This document shows, in pieces, positions 1 to 8,566 of a stretch of 22,886 nt of DNA; within the stretch, counting starts at the first letter, position 1; every line of letters starts with the position of its first letter. Below the pieces are notes generated by a model. That model was not told the origin of the DNA. It worked only from the letters and a program-made list of their open reading frames with translations, and made no database searches. A program made the translations under genes and the position numbers. Origin of the DNA: a plasmid; the sequence record NZ_CP072383.1; one strand, written 5' to 3'.

Positions 1-2245
1 GACTACAAGTATCCTGGTCATCTAAAAACTCCGTACCATCAATGCCAAATACGGCATGCCCGGTAAAATCTAACGTATCGGCAGGATTATCAAATACCCA
101 ACCGAATTCCCCACCTTGCGCCCAGTTTTTCAAACGACGGGCAAGGGAGTTTTCTTTTTCGGCTTTAGTTGAGCCTTCCGGCAAATGTTCAATCACGCGT
201 GAAATCGGATAACTGCGGTATTCCATATCAAATTCCATCACCGATTTAACCGCCTTGAATAATTCTTCTTCATCGAGTGATGACAACGTTCTGCCGTTAC
301 GCGTAACTAACATTTTCATCAACGTGGAAAGGAAAGACAGATTTTCCGGCGTGTTTTCACACATAAACGGATTAAAACCGGTCGGCACACCTTTACGGAT
401 CAGCATGTATTTTCCGCCCATGGCACGAATACAGGCTTCCGCACCGTAATCTTTATCCAGATATACCATTGTCAATTCACGTTTTACCGAGGTCGGTAAA
501 AAAGTAGAGGTATGTCTGAATTTATCCAGTTGTGTCATGAGAAACGTCATCAACATAGTTTTACCGGAACCCGCTTGCCCGAATACTGCGGTATTCCCCA
601 ACCGTTTTTCGCCTCTGTCATCAACACCGGGTGCGCTTTGGTGAAAGTTAAAATAGTACGGTTGACCGTTTGGCGTTTTCAGTAACGTTACCGCGTCTCC
701 CCAAGGGTTCCCGTTGCGTTTACCGGAGGCAAAATTATGTAAAGAAGTTAGCGACGCATAATTTCTTGAACTTAACATTGCCAGGCGTGGACGGTAGGCA
801 AAATTTGCCGGGAATTGACCGAAATAAGACGCGCTTAACGCCGTATTTGCCAATGTAATAATCAAACCTAAACTACTTAATACCGCAATAATTTCATTGG
901 TTTTATCAGTAACATCTTTTATAGAATCACCGTACACCATCATGCCAAAATGATAATAACCAAAGGATAAACGACCACTTGCTAAATCATCCAATGCAAC
1001 AGTTAAATTATCAACTTGCGAAATGGCAGCCTCGTTTGAGGAATTTAAGCGTTTTTGCTGTCTGTCTAACTTCTCTTTTGCAACATTGCTTGGCATGGAC
1101 TGAAAAGATTGTGTAATGACATAATCGGCATTGATATACATTAATGCGTCAAAAAAACCCTCACAGGTTTCTTCCGTATAATCTTTAATTTCAAGACAGC
1201 GGAAGAAACGGCTTTCACCATTAAAAGTAATTTGCCCAGTTTCTTTGCCAAAATGTAAATCGGTATTCCCCAGTAAGTGATAAAACGACGTGGAGGTAAC
1301 GCGTACAGGTTGCCAACGATTTGTAATCAGATAGTTGTAAAACGATAATTGTTCAGAATAAAGCGCACCGCCTTTACTAAAGGTTGTTAACGCTTCACCG
1401 CGAAAATCTTCCAGTGCTTTATCCAAGCGGGAACACATTTCTTGCATAGTCTCTAACTGATAAGCAAGCTCCTGTTTTTTATCCTTTAACTTGCTTGTTT
1501 TACGAGATATTTTTTCCAGTTTTGAATAAGGGGTATAAACCAACGTAACGTATAGTATGTTACGTTGTAATGTTCCATTATTAAAACCGGCATAGTATTT
1601 ATCATTTACTTCCTGCGTAAACTCGGAAGAAAAATGACCATCCAAGGTTTCATTGACTTTATGGCGAATATTATGCTGATAAAAACTAACCCCTTTTTTA
1701 GAAAAAGATTGGATTAAGGTATTCAACTTTTCTTTACTAAGATTGAGCTCATAATTTTCTGCGGTTTCAAACGTCACCCCTTTACAACACCAGGTGGCGA
1801 CTAAATCACCGTTACGGGTAATCACGACATTCGGTGCAATATGAGAAGAATAAGGAATGAATTTGGAATAATCCTTTTGTTCACCCAGTTTAATACCTAA
1901 TGTTTCGATTCGATTTTCAGAAAAAGCGGTTCGATTGTATTTTTGTGCCGTAAACGTTTTACTGCCAAAAAAACGCACGATCTTACCTAACCCGCTATTT
2001 GTCTTAAAATTGAGCATATTCAATGTTAAAAAATCCCTATCTGTTTCATACAGTAATCTTGTGCCAATAAGTAGCGGAATAGCCGGTAATACGGCATATA
2101 ATTTCCCGCTGATGAAATATGCCAGACCACTAAGAAAAGCAATGGCAAATATTATTGGAATGGGGATACCGCCGATCGTGGCTTGTGTTATCATGCCTTT
2201 AAAAAGCGGTTCACCACTGATTGTATTTTCTGAATCGGCTTGCAT
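1..2245 (-). CDS. virB4: VirB3-VirB4 fusion, N-terminal 748 codons (type IV secretion ATPase). The gene continues across the window junction into 22886..22360.
   Basis: Minus-strand translation from ATG at 2245 gives MQADSENTISGEPLFKGMITQATIGGIPIPIIF...RLLYETDRDFLTLNML, matching the VirB3 signature LFKG.T...GVP with two TM segments. It continues without a stop into a VirB4 body with Walker A GQAGSGKT near 590..615. There is no stop codon before position 1. RBS AAGG/GAAGG lies about 7 nt upstream. This ORF is absent from the ORF track because it lacks an in-window stop. Confidence 0.85.
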   Translation of the reverse strand, partial: MQADSENTISGEPLFKGMITQATIGGIPIPIIFAIAFLSGLAYFISGKLYAVLPAIPLLIGTRLLYETDRDFLTLNMLNFKTNSGLGKIVRFFGSKTFTAQKYNRTAFSENRIETLGIKLGEQKDYSKFIPYSSHIAPNVVITRNGDLVATWCCKGVTFETAENYELNLSKEKLNTLIQSFSKKGVSFYQHNIRHKVNETLDGHFSSEFTQEVNDKYYAGFNNGTLQRNILYVTLVYTPYSKLEKISRKTSKLKDKKQELAYQLETMQEMCSRLDKALEDFRGEALTTFSKGGALYSEQLSFYNYLITNRWQPVRVTSTSFYHLLGNTDLHFGKETGQITFNGESRFFRCLEIKDYTEETCEGFFDALMYINADYVITQSFQSMPSNVAKEKLDRQQKRLNSSNEAAISQVDNLTVALDDLASGRLSFGYYHFGMMVYGDSIKDVTDKTNEIIAVLSSLGLIITLANTALSASYFGQFPANFAYRPRLAMLSSRNYASLTSLHNFASGKRNGNPWGDAVTLLKTPNGQPYYFNFHQSAPGVDDRGEKRLGNTAVFGQAGSGKTMLMTFLMTQLDKFRHTSTFLPTSVKRELTMVYLDKDYGAEACIRAMGGKYMLIRKGVPTGFNPFMCENTPENLSFLSTLMKMLVTRNGRTLSSLDEEELFKAVKSVMEFDMEYRSYPISRVIEHLPEGSTKAEKENSLARRLKNWAQGGEFGWVFDNPADTLDFTGHAVFGIDGTEFLDDQDTCS

Positions 2246-2257
2246 GTTTTACCTTCT

Positions 2258-2545
2258 TTAAGGGAATAACCACAGTGCAATTTCAGGAACAACAATTAAT
2301 GTAATCGCACCATAAATCACTTTTGCTATACTTTCGAAAGGTTGCCCTCTCCACATCATTTGATAACCTGCAAATAAACCAGCTAATAAAAAGACAATAC
2401 CAGCAAAACCATGAATTTCAGTTGAGAATTGACTTAAATATTGTTTTGTTTTTTGTAAACCACCGGCAAAAGCGGGGTTGGTTGCCATCATGAAAAGCGC
2501 TGGAATAAGTGTGTAATGCAGTTTATGAGAAAGTTTATTAAACAT
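2258..2545 (-). CDS. virB2: VirB2/TrbC-family T-pilin
   Basis: 95 aa with a signal-like N-terminus ending AFA|GG and two hydrophobic helices. It sits directly between virB1 and virB3/4. Confidence 0.7.
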   Translation of the reverse strand: MFNKLSHKLHYTLIPALFMMATNPAFAGGLQKTKQYLSQFSTEIHGFAGIVFLLAGLFAGYQMMWRGQPFESIAKVIYGAITLIVVPEIALWLFP

Positions 2546-2571
2546 CTTTAACGTCCTTTATTGGTTAATAA

Positions 2572-3222
2572 TTAGTTGATAGAAGCAAGTTTCTTATCTT
2601 CTGCCGGCGGTGTTACCGGAGGAAGATTTTTATATAATCTGACTTGATGACGGTTTTTCCTGGCTTGTTGTGGTTTTTTCTCCTTTTTAGTTGTGGTTAC
2701 TTTTGCTACTTCGGCAACAGCAGCAACAGGTAAAGGTTCATTTTTCAAAGAGGGAATCGCAAAACTTTTTTCCGGGGTCGGTTCAAAGAGTTGTGCATGC
2801 ACTCTTTCGACATAACTGGTTCCTCGAAAATCTCTTTTGTATCCACGTAAGAAATTTCCGGAGTAATAGCAACTCAACGCGTCATTGACACTGCCGCTAC
2901 GTTGATAACAGTCTTGCAAAATTTGTTGCGCCACCTGCAGGTTATTACAAGGGTCAAACATTTGCTCAAGTGTTACTCCATAGCGTGAAAAGTTATGTTT
3001 GTTGATTTGCATAAGTCCGACAGAATAGTTTTTCCCCTCCTTTTCAAGTTGTTGTGCGGTTAATACCGCACTATTAAAGTCAGTGGGTTGTTTTACCCAG
3101 CCATCTACTACGCCTATCGCAAATTGATTTAATTTGCTTTCTTCTTTCATCACAGATAACGCAGTATCCGGATGAACGAGCGGGGCGCATATAGCAATCA
3201 TTTGTAGAGCTGTCATTGACAT
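2572..3222 (-). CDS. virB1: VirB1-like lytic transglycosylase
   Basis: SLT-domain motifs ES.LN...GLMQIN and a catalytic E in MKEES. A Pro/Lys-rich C-terminal tail is present. Position is immediately upstream of virB2. Confidence 0.85.
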   Translation of the reverse strand: MSMTALQMIAICAPLVHPDTALSVMKEESKLNQFAIGVVDGWVKQPTDFNSAVLTAQQLEKEGKNYSVGLMQINKHNFSRYGVTLEQMFDPCNNLQVAQQILQDCYQRSGSVNDALSCYYSGNFLRGYKRDFRGTSYVERVHAQLFEPTPEKSFAIPSLKNEPLPVAAVAEVAKVTTTKKEKKPQQARKNRHQVRLYKNLPPVTPPAEDKKLASIN

Positions 3223-3237
3223 AATCTTTTACTCAAC

Positions 3238-3675
3238 TCAGAACGGAATATCATCATCAAAATTATCTGCTGGAGTTCCCGCTTGCGGTTGTGGTGACGT
3301 TACCGGTTTAGCCTGGGCTTGTGCCGGTGCCTGTGTTGATTTCGGATCACCTAACATTTGCAATACATCACCTTGAATTTCAGTGGTATAACGGTCTTGC
3401 CCGCTTTGGTCTTGCCATTTACGCGTTTTTAAACGCCCTTCAATGTACACTTGTGAGCCTTTATGCAGGTATTCACCGCACACTTCCGCTTGACGGCGAT
3501 AAAATACGACACGGTGCCATTCGGTTACTTCCCGGCGTTCGCCGGTATTTTTATCCGTCCAGCTTTCACTGGTCGCAATACTAATATTCGCGACAGCTTC
3601 TCCGTTCGGCATGGCGCGCATTTCCGGCTCATTGCCTAAACGACCAACGATAATGACTTTATTAACTCCAGCCAT
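3238..3675 (-). CDS. ssb: single-stranded DNA-binding protein
   Basis: OB-fold N-terminus ([11 protein letters not shown]...PE.R...G), Q/P-rich linker and the canonical acidic tail DDDIPF. Confidence 0.92.
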   Translation of the reverse strand: MAGVNKVIIVGRLGNEPEMRAMPNGEAVANISIATSESWTDKNTGERREVTEWHRVVFYRRQAEVCGEYLHKGSQVYIEGRLKTRKWQDQSGQDRYTTEIQGDVLQMLGDPKSTQAPAQAQAKPVTSPQPQAGTPADNFDDDIPF

Positions 3676-3686
3676 AACTTTTCTCC

Positions 3687-4664
3687 TTAACGTTCAAAAT
3701 CTCTTGTTTGGGCTTTTTCCAGCTCTTTATTTACGCCTTTGCCCATATTAGCGCGTATTTCTTTATATTTTTCAGCGACACGGATAGCGCTTTCTATTCC
3801 AGCAATTCGCATAGCCACAAATTGCGCAGACTTTTCTTTATCCGAGCCGTTAAAGCTATGTCCGAAATTACCTTCAAGACCAGGCTTGTATTGTTCATGC
3901 AACGCATTTTCAAACGCTGTCTTGTATTCCGGTGATTGTAATTTTTTGCCCAACTCTAACGGGGTAATTTTCTGGTTATCCCAACGGATTAAATCTTCTT
4001 TGGCATTACCGTATTTTTCAGGTGAATTAACGGTCTTTTCGGCAGGATTGATGACCTGTTCTTTTGAACGGTCACGCAATGATTCAATACTGAATTTGGC
4101 AATGTGAACTTCGGCTTGTTGTAAACTGAATTGCGGGTTGCTGTAAGCCTGTAGACGCAAATTATCTTCAAAAGCGGTGTGATAAAGGCTATTTTGTGAT
4201 TTACGGCGCATTTCATCGGTAGATATATCGCCTTTGCGATACAAAGCTAAATCTTTCTGTGCAAGTGTAAATTGCTCACGATAGGCGGGGTTTTGACTAC
4301 TATTTTTCACCCAAGAATCTATTTCATTGCGCAGGGTTTGTTTATCTGCAATCGACTGATAAACCGCAGGTGCAACACTTAGCCCTTTATCCTTGCTTAA
4401 AATAGCGGCATCCAATCTTTCAAAATAACGTTTAATAAACTCCATACTATTTTTAGAAATCGTTCTGATTTCTTCAAAAAAGGAAGAGCGCGCTTCGATT
4501 TGTGGCGGTTTTTGATATTTATCTTCGAGCGCTTGCATAAAAGCTTTTTCATACGCCGGATTATCTAGACGTAAGCGAATCGCCTCAAAATCAGCAACAC
4601 GATGATTTATATCAAAATCCACGTCCTTTTTAAGTTCGCTTTCATTTTGCGGTGTGTACATCAT
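3687..4664 (-). CDS. hypothetical hydrophilic protein with three internal approximately 20-aa repeats (NPAYEKAF.., NPAYREQF.., SPEYKTAF..); no recognisable domain
   Basis: 325-aa ORF with no TM segment, K/E-rich. The motif [NS]P[AE]Y..(A/Q)F..AL...Y.KP recurs three times. It is the second gene of the operon, between the DinJ-like gene and ssb. Confidence 0.6.
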   Translation of the reverse strand: MMYTPQNESELKKDVDFDINHRVADFEAIRLRLDNPAYEKAFMQALEDKYQKPPQIEARSSFFEEIRTISKNSMEFIKRYFERLDAAILSKDKGLSVAPAVYQSIADKQTLRNEIDSWVKNSSQNPAYREQFTLAQKDLALYRKGDISTDEMRRKSQNSLYHTAFEDNLRLQAYSNPQFSLQQAEVHIAKFSIESLRDRSKEQVINPAEKTVNSPEKYGNAKEDLIRWDNQKITPLELGKKLQSPEYKTAFENALHEQYKPGLEGNFGHSFNGSDKEKSAQFVAMRIAGIESAIRVAEKYKEIRANMGKGVNKELEKAQTRDFER

Positions 4665-4759
4665 TAAGCCCTCTTACTTATTAACTCCAAAAACGGATCG
4701 GTTTTTATAACCGCGTTTATAATCATCTTTAACAGATAATTTCTAGAGGATTATTTGGA

Positions 4760-4963
4760 TTACAGCTTCCTTTCTTTCGCTATGCTTATCAATACAGCAG
4801 AATTTGTTAATTCATTTGGTAATTTTTTTTCATTTGCTATATAGCTTAAATATAGCCTAATGGCGTCAGAAACGGTTAATCCCATTTTTCGTAGTTCTTT
4901 AGCGGCTTGATTTTTCAGCGCCCTACTTGTGCGAACTCTAATTGAAATATCTGAATCTGTCAT
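4760..4963 (-). CDS. RelB/DinJ-family RHH protein (antitoxin-like); no cognate YafQ/RelE toxin gene nearby
   Basis: IRVRTSRALKNQAAKELRKMGLTVSDAIRLYLSYIANEKKLPNEL aligns closely with the E. coli DinJ N-terminal region (ARIDEDLKNQAADVLAGMGLTISDLVRITLTKVAREKALPFDL). It is the first gene downstream of the promoter at 4972..5000. Confidence 0.75.
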   Translation of the reverse strand: MTDSDISIRVRTSRALKNQAAKELRKMGLTVSDAIRLYLSYIANEKKLPNELTNSAVLISIAKERKL

Positions 4964-4971
4964 GTGTCCTC

Positions 4972-5000
4972 ATTGTATCCTTCTTGTGGGTATGGGTCAA
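4972..5000 (-). promoter_or_regulatory. sigma70-like promoter for the dinJ-like/ssb/virB operon
   Basis: Minus strand reads TTGACC-17 nt-TACAAT followed by GAGGACAC-ATG. The -35 is revcomp of 4995..5000 and the -10 is revcomp of 4972..4977. Confidence 0.5.
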
Positions 5001-5344
5001 TAATAAAATACCATAAAAATGAGTTTTTTTAACTTAAAAAATAGATCTTTCTTGATCTTTTTTGTGCATAAAGAGTAGAATAGGGAGCATTAACTTGCTT
5101 TCTGCTCAAGAAATGAGATTTGAGGCGAGAGGAAACTGAAAAAGAAAAAGCACCTCGGCAAAGGTGCTTATTCAAGAAGTGTGTTTTAACGAACTCTACC
5201 AAAGCAACGTTTGAAACACGATTAATAAAATCAGTTAGTATTATACTGGGCTGAATGTTATTTGCAATAGTTTTAAACTAAATTTTTACATTGTGAGTAC
5301 CTTAAAATCGTGATTCAAATGTTGCTTAACAAGAAATAGCAACA

Positions 5345-6352
5345 ATGAAGATTAAACGTAAAAAAATCAACAGAACATTCGGCTTTAAGTCATCAAAACG
5401 AGCTGTCAACTATGAGAAGGCCGCGAAGAAAAAACATCGCAATCTTACTCCTTTCTTTACTCAAAATCTCCAGAGCCGGGAATTTGCTTATACAACGTGG
5501 TTTTTCCTGCAACGTTGTGAAACCCATAATTTCAATAAGAATCCTTACTTGAACGCTTTACGATTAAGTAAATATCAGCGTGAGACTATCCGCCGGGAAC
5601 GTCGGGAAGTCCTTTCTGTTTTGTTGCCAACGCTTATTACGTACTGTGACTTTTCTCCGGCAAGCGATTATCTCTTTGAAGTCCGCTCAAACGTCGAACA
5701 TATCGCTAATATGTGTAATCAGGCTTATGTATCGTGGGATAAGAACGGTAAAAATCGAGTGCGTTACGATACGGTACTCAATGCTATTCAAATGTTGGAA
5801 GACGCTGAATTGATTACTGTATTACGTGAGTATGACCGATTGGGACAAAAGCATAAACCAATGCGGATTTTCTTAAACGTTGAATTCTTTTTAATGTTCA
5901 ACATTACAGAGAAAGAATTAAGAAAAATCCTGGTCGATTTCCATAAATATCAATTTGTGAACAATCGTGTAAATCAAACATTCGAGCGTTATAAAAAACA
6001 TCTAGACAAACTGGAAAATAAAGGTGTGGCTGGTATTAAACAGCACTATTCATTAAAAAACTTACTCATCAAACGCCGAAAGGATTTGTTAGGCGAGCAC
6101 GTCATTAAATTTGTTTCTCAACGTAAGCCGGTAAATTATCTTGATTTAGACATTGAAAGCGACGTTTTTAAACCTTGTTTTCGTTCGTTTGCCGACTGTA
6201 ACACAACGGAAGAAGTACAAAAACTCCGCAAGCGTCTATATGACAAGGAGCGAATAAGACAACGAGCGCGAGAAAAAGCGGCAAACGATATTTTGTACCG
6301 GAAAGCCCTCAAAGAAAGCTACATGACCGATTTACAACATTACGCCTCTTAA
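5345..6352 (+). CDS. repA: plasmid replication initiator, IncFII RepA1-like family
   Basis: Central region RRE..LSVLLPTL...D.....RYDTVLNAIQMLEDAELITVLREYDRLG....PMRIFLNVEFF parallels R100 RepA1 (RRRAIDALLQGL...SITRATRALTFLSELGLITYQTEYDPLIG.YIPTDITFTSALF) as I recall it, not checked by alignment. It is the only large plus-strand gene in this region, followed by an AT-rich non-coding stretch. Confidence 0.65.
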   Translation: MKIKRKKINRTFGFKSSKRAVNYEKAAKKKHRNLTPFFTQNLQSREFAYTTWFFLQRCETHNFNKNPYLNALRLSKYQRETIRRERREVLSVLLPTLITYCDFSPASDYLFEVRSNVEHIANMCNQAYVSWDKNGKNRVRYDTVLNAIQMLEDAELITVLREYDRLGQKHKPMRIFLNVEFFLMFNITEKELRKILVDFHKYQFVNNRVNQTFERYKKHLDKLENKGVAGIKQHYSLKNLLIKRRKDLLGEHVIKFVSQRKPVNYLDLDIESDVFKPCFRSFADCNTTEEVQKLRKRLYDKERIRQRAREKAANDILYRKALKESYMTDLQHYAS

Positions 6353-6702
6353 TTTAATCATCTTTTTTCAGTTGATGGCTTGGTTTTACTAAGTCACGAC
6401 TCAACACATCTACCAATATGAAATTGCTTATAATTTAGGCTATTTCATCTACCTTATTTTTATTTCAGAGTAAAGATTGCATTGATACTAACCAAATTTT
6501 GCTAAATTCATGCGGCATTGTGAGTAAGTTGTGTGTTTGTTGTTAGGTAAATATTATTAAATTCGCCCTTAATTTCGGCACTAAACGTTATTCCATAATT
6601 TATTTTTAAATATAAAAATAAGGAACAGAAAATCTCCGATTTTCAAATAATAGGACCCTTGCTACCGCAAGGGCAAAATACACTCCGATTCAATATTTAT
6701 TG
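6353..6702. other. AT-rich non-coding region downstream of rep; candidate vegetative origin
   Basis: 350 bp with no ORF and very AT-rich (for example atttatttttaaatataaaaataagg). Position relative to a RepA1-family gene matches where IncFII-type ori lies. No convincing DnaA box was seen. Confidence 0.35.
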
Positions 6703-6852
6703 GGTAACAGTATGCAACCAGTTTAAGAAATTTGCTCCTGTGCTTATCAAGGTCAAGCCCTACGGGTTGGCTACGCCAAACCTTGACAATCACCCGCAAA
6801 TTCTTAATGGTTTAGCATACCGTTACCCCCTCATTTGTGCTAAAGCACGATA
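6703..6852. repeat. IR-L, the left copy of a 150-bp perfect inverted repeat (partner 8791..8940)
   Basis: Reverse complement of 6703..6852 is identical base for base to 8791..8940. The copy contains a TTGACA-N16/17-(T)AATGGT promoter-like motif at 6783..6811 and an internal 13-bp imperfect IR (6703..6715 versus 6815..6827, 12/13). Confidence 0.9.
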
Positions 6853-6854
6853 TA

Positions 6855-6892
6855 AACAAAAAGTGCGGTAAATTTCTACCGCACTTTTATTC
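6855..6892. terminator. bidirectional rho-independent terminator built from an inverted USS pair; terminates ardC
   Basis: acaaaaAAGTGCGGTAaatttcTACCGCACTTttattc has a 10-bp stem, a 6-nt loop, and A-run and T-run flanks. AAGTGCGGT is the Haemophilus-type uptake signal sequence core. Confidence 0.7.
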
Positions 6893-6929
6893 TAATATGT
6901 TTAATAATATTTATGTTTTTACATAAATA

Positions 6930-8057
6930 TTATCTTTCCTTCTCTTGTTCTTTGATAGGTTCTTTTTGAAAGGCGAGCTGCGCCTTCAATTTATGATATG
7001 CTTCCACTGCATTTGACTTCATGGATTCATCAAAAGATTTATAGCCCTGATGTTGGGCAAACGAGATAATATGATTGTTTTGTTGAACAGCTTCTTTTGA
7101 TGGAGATTTATCCAAGGTTAATTCTTTGTCATGTAGTGTAATGTAATTTGATACTTTTACAGCCGTTTTTATAGCGTCTTTAAAATCATCATTTGTCAGT
7201 TTACCCGCCATAATCCACCCGCGCAAATATGCCAACGAATTTTTTTCATCGGAAAAATCTCGTTTAGGATTTTGCACGGCAATTTGATATTTCCTGGAAA
7301 GTAACATTGATGAAATTTCAGCTATAAGTTCTTCTTTAGCGTACTCTTTTGAATTCATATCAAAAGAAATTTTCCTATTTAGTCTGGACGGGTGAGAAGT
7401 TGCATGAGACGCTTCATGTAGAAGTGTGCCGTAGTACTCTTTTTTGCCTTTGAACTGTGCCTTATCTGGAATCACGATGAGATCTAAATCCGGTTGATAG
7501 TAAGCCTTATTACTAAACTTTTCCTCAACATTAATATTCATGTTTCTAACAAGTTGTTCTATCCGTTCTATGTTATATAGATCGCGCTTTTTTCGGTCTT
7601 CTATTGTGATTTCCGGCGGGGTATAAGGAGGGAGCCCGGTTGTTTGTTGAGCATTAAAAACAATGTAATATTTTGCTATATAGCCATCAATTATTTCTAC
7701 TTCTCTTTGATTTTTCCCTTCTTGGTCAACAATCGGTTTGCCGTTTTGGTCTTTTTTAATTCGTTCAATTTTATTCGTATAAAATTGTATCAATCGACCC
7801 TTTTCACCTTTCTTAACTTGTCCGCCGAGTGCTTTAATTTGCTTATAAGTAAACCATCGAGGATCATCATACGGGGAAAAATAAAGATTTAACTCATTAA
7901 TGCCGGAGTATGGTCTGCCTGTATTTCCATTTTGGGGATATATATCAAAACTATTCCAGCGTTTTTCCCATTTTGAATCATTATTAATAATGGCATTACG
8001 TATTGTTTCCGCTAACCGATCTTCATAATCTGCGCGAATATCTTTTTTCTCTGCCAT
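6930..8057 (-). CDS. ardC: ArdC-family antirestriction protein (N-terminal ssDNA-binding domain plus C-terminal zincin metalloprotease)
   Basis: 375 aa. A HExxH motif occurs in LLHEASHATSH, and the N-terminal domain (NGNTGRPYSGINELNL, FTYKQIKALGGQVKKGEKG) is typical of ArdC/TraC-primase-N-like proteins. RBS GAGGAAG is present. Confidence 0.85.
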   Translation of the reverse strand: MAEKKDIRADYEDRLAETIRNAIINNDSKWEKRWNSFDIYPQNGNTGRPYSGINELNLYFSPYDDPRWFTYKQIKALGGQVKKGEKGRLIQFYTNKIERIKKDQNGKPIVDQEGKNQREVEIIDGYIAKYYIVFNAQQTTGLPPYTPPEITIEDRKKRDLYNIERIEQLVRNMNINVEEKFSNKAYYQPDLDLIVIPDKAQFKGKKEYYGTLLHEASHATSHPSRLNRKISFDMNSKEYAKEELIAEISSMLLSRKYQIAVQNPKRDFSDEKNSLAYLRGWIMAGKLTNDDFKDAIKTAVKVSNYITLHDKELTLDKSPSKEAVQQNNHIISFAQHQGYKSFDESMKSNAVEAYHKLKAQLAFQKEPIKEQEKER

Positions 8058-8074
8058 ATCTTCTTCCTCATAAA

Positions 8075-8212
8075 CTAATCGTCTGAATTTATTTCCGGAT
8101 CAACTGCCTCTATATCAATTCCTGATGTATCCAAATCATAGATAACACCATCATCGGCTAAATCCTTGTTGATTTCGTCTAAATCAGATTGGCTAATTGG
8201 TAGCGTTGTCAT
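8075..8212 (-). CDS. small highly acidic protein (45 aa), unknown; candidate DNA-mimic or anti-defence protein
   Basis: Minus-strand ORF MTTLPISQSDLDEINKDLADDGVIYDLDTSGIDIEAVDPEINSDD with a GGAG RBS 7 nt upstream. It is below the 60-aa cutoff of the ORF track. It overlaps the end of the upstream ORF by 20 nt and ends 18 nt before ardC. Confidence 0.4.
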   Translation of the reverse strand: MTTLPISQSDLDEINKDLADDGVIYDLDTSGIDIEAVDPEINSDD

Positions 8213-8477
8213 TTTTTTCTCCTTCATCAATACATAAAAAATGAACTACTTTAAAATCATCATTCTTGAAATTATTAATCAAGAACTCTCTAAAATCAGC
8301 TTTAAAGGTAGGATCACTTTTACATTGTTCTTTAATTATTAGATAGGCTTTATAAGCCTTATCTTTATCATTTTTAATCTTATTTTCCTGTTCCTGTTTG
8401 ATACGCAGCTTTTCTTTTTTCTCCTCTAGTTTTAACTGCTCTTTCAACTTTTCAATCTTAGAATTTGTAATCTTCAT
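8193..8477 (-). CDS. hypothetical K/E-rich coiled-coil protein (94 aa from MKITNSK)
   Basis: ORF 8193..8528; the likely start is ATG at 8477 (MKITNSKIEKLKEQLKLEEKKEKLRIKQEQENK...). No domain recognised. First gene downstream of IR-R. Confidence 0.5.
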   Translation of the reverse strand: MKITNSKIEKLKEQLKLEEKKEKLRIKQEQENKIKNDKDKAYKAYLIIKEQCKSDPTFKADFREFLINNFKNDDFKVVHFLCIDEGEKNDNATN

Positions 8478-8566
8478 GATTATTACCTTTTTGTTAAAAA
8501 TATGTGTACCTATAACTTGTCGCGCCACGCTTTTATCGCCGATGGCGACCGTGTGGAAAAATTGTG

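Noticed and set aside
255-2261. Plus-strand ORFs 255..449, 670..858 and 1935..2261 in the first 2.2 kb
   Set aside because: They lie antisense to the continuous VirB3/VirB4 reading frame on the minus strand, which has clear motifs (Walker A, VirB3 signature). They have no RBS or homology and are spurious.
3321-4216. Plus- and minus-strand ORFs nested inside or antisense to ssb and the 325-aa gene (3321..3584, 3708..3935, 3739..4107, 3989..4216)
   Set aside because: They overlap confidently called genes on the opposite strand or an alternative frame, with no supporting signals.
4664-4760. Search for a YafQ/RelE-like toxin ORF next to the DinJ-like gene
   Set aside because: The 95-bp spacer downstream and the 380-bp region upstream contain no suitable ORF on either strand, so the gene is treated as an orphan.
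5150-5167. gcacct-cggcaa-aggtgc hairpin as a rho-independent terminator
   Set aside because: The stem is only 6 bp with a weak T tract, and no gene ends immediately upstream on either strand. It is retained only as a possible control-region structure.
6659-6871. 70-aa plus-strand ORF covering IR-L
   Set aside because: It runs through the repeat and into the USS terminator hairpin. It has no RBS and a low-complexity translation. Its twin in IR-R would be an identical artefact. More likely non-coding.
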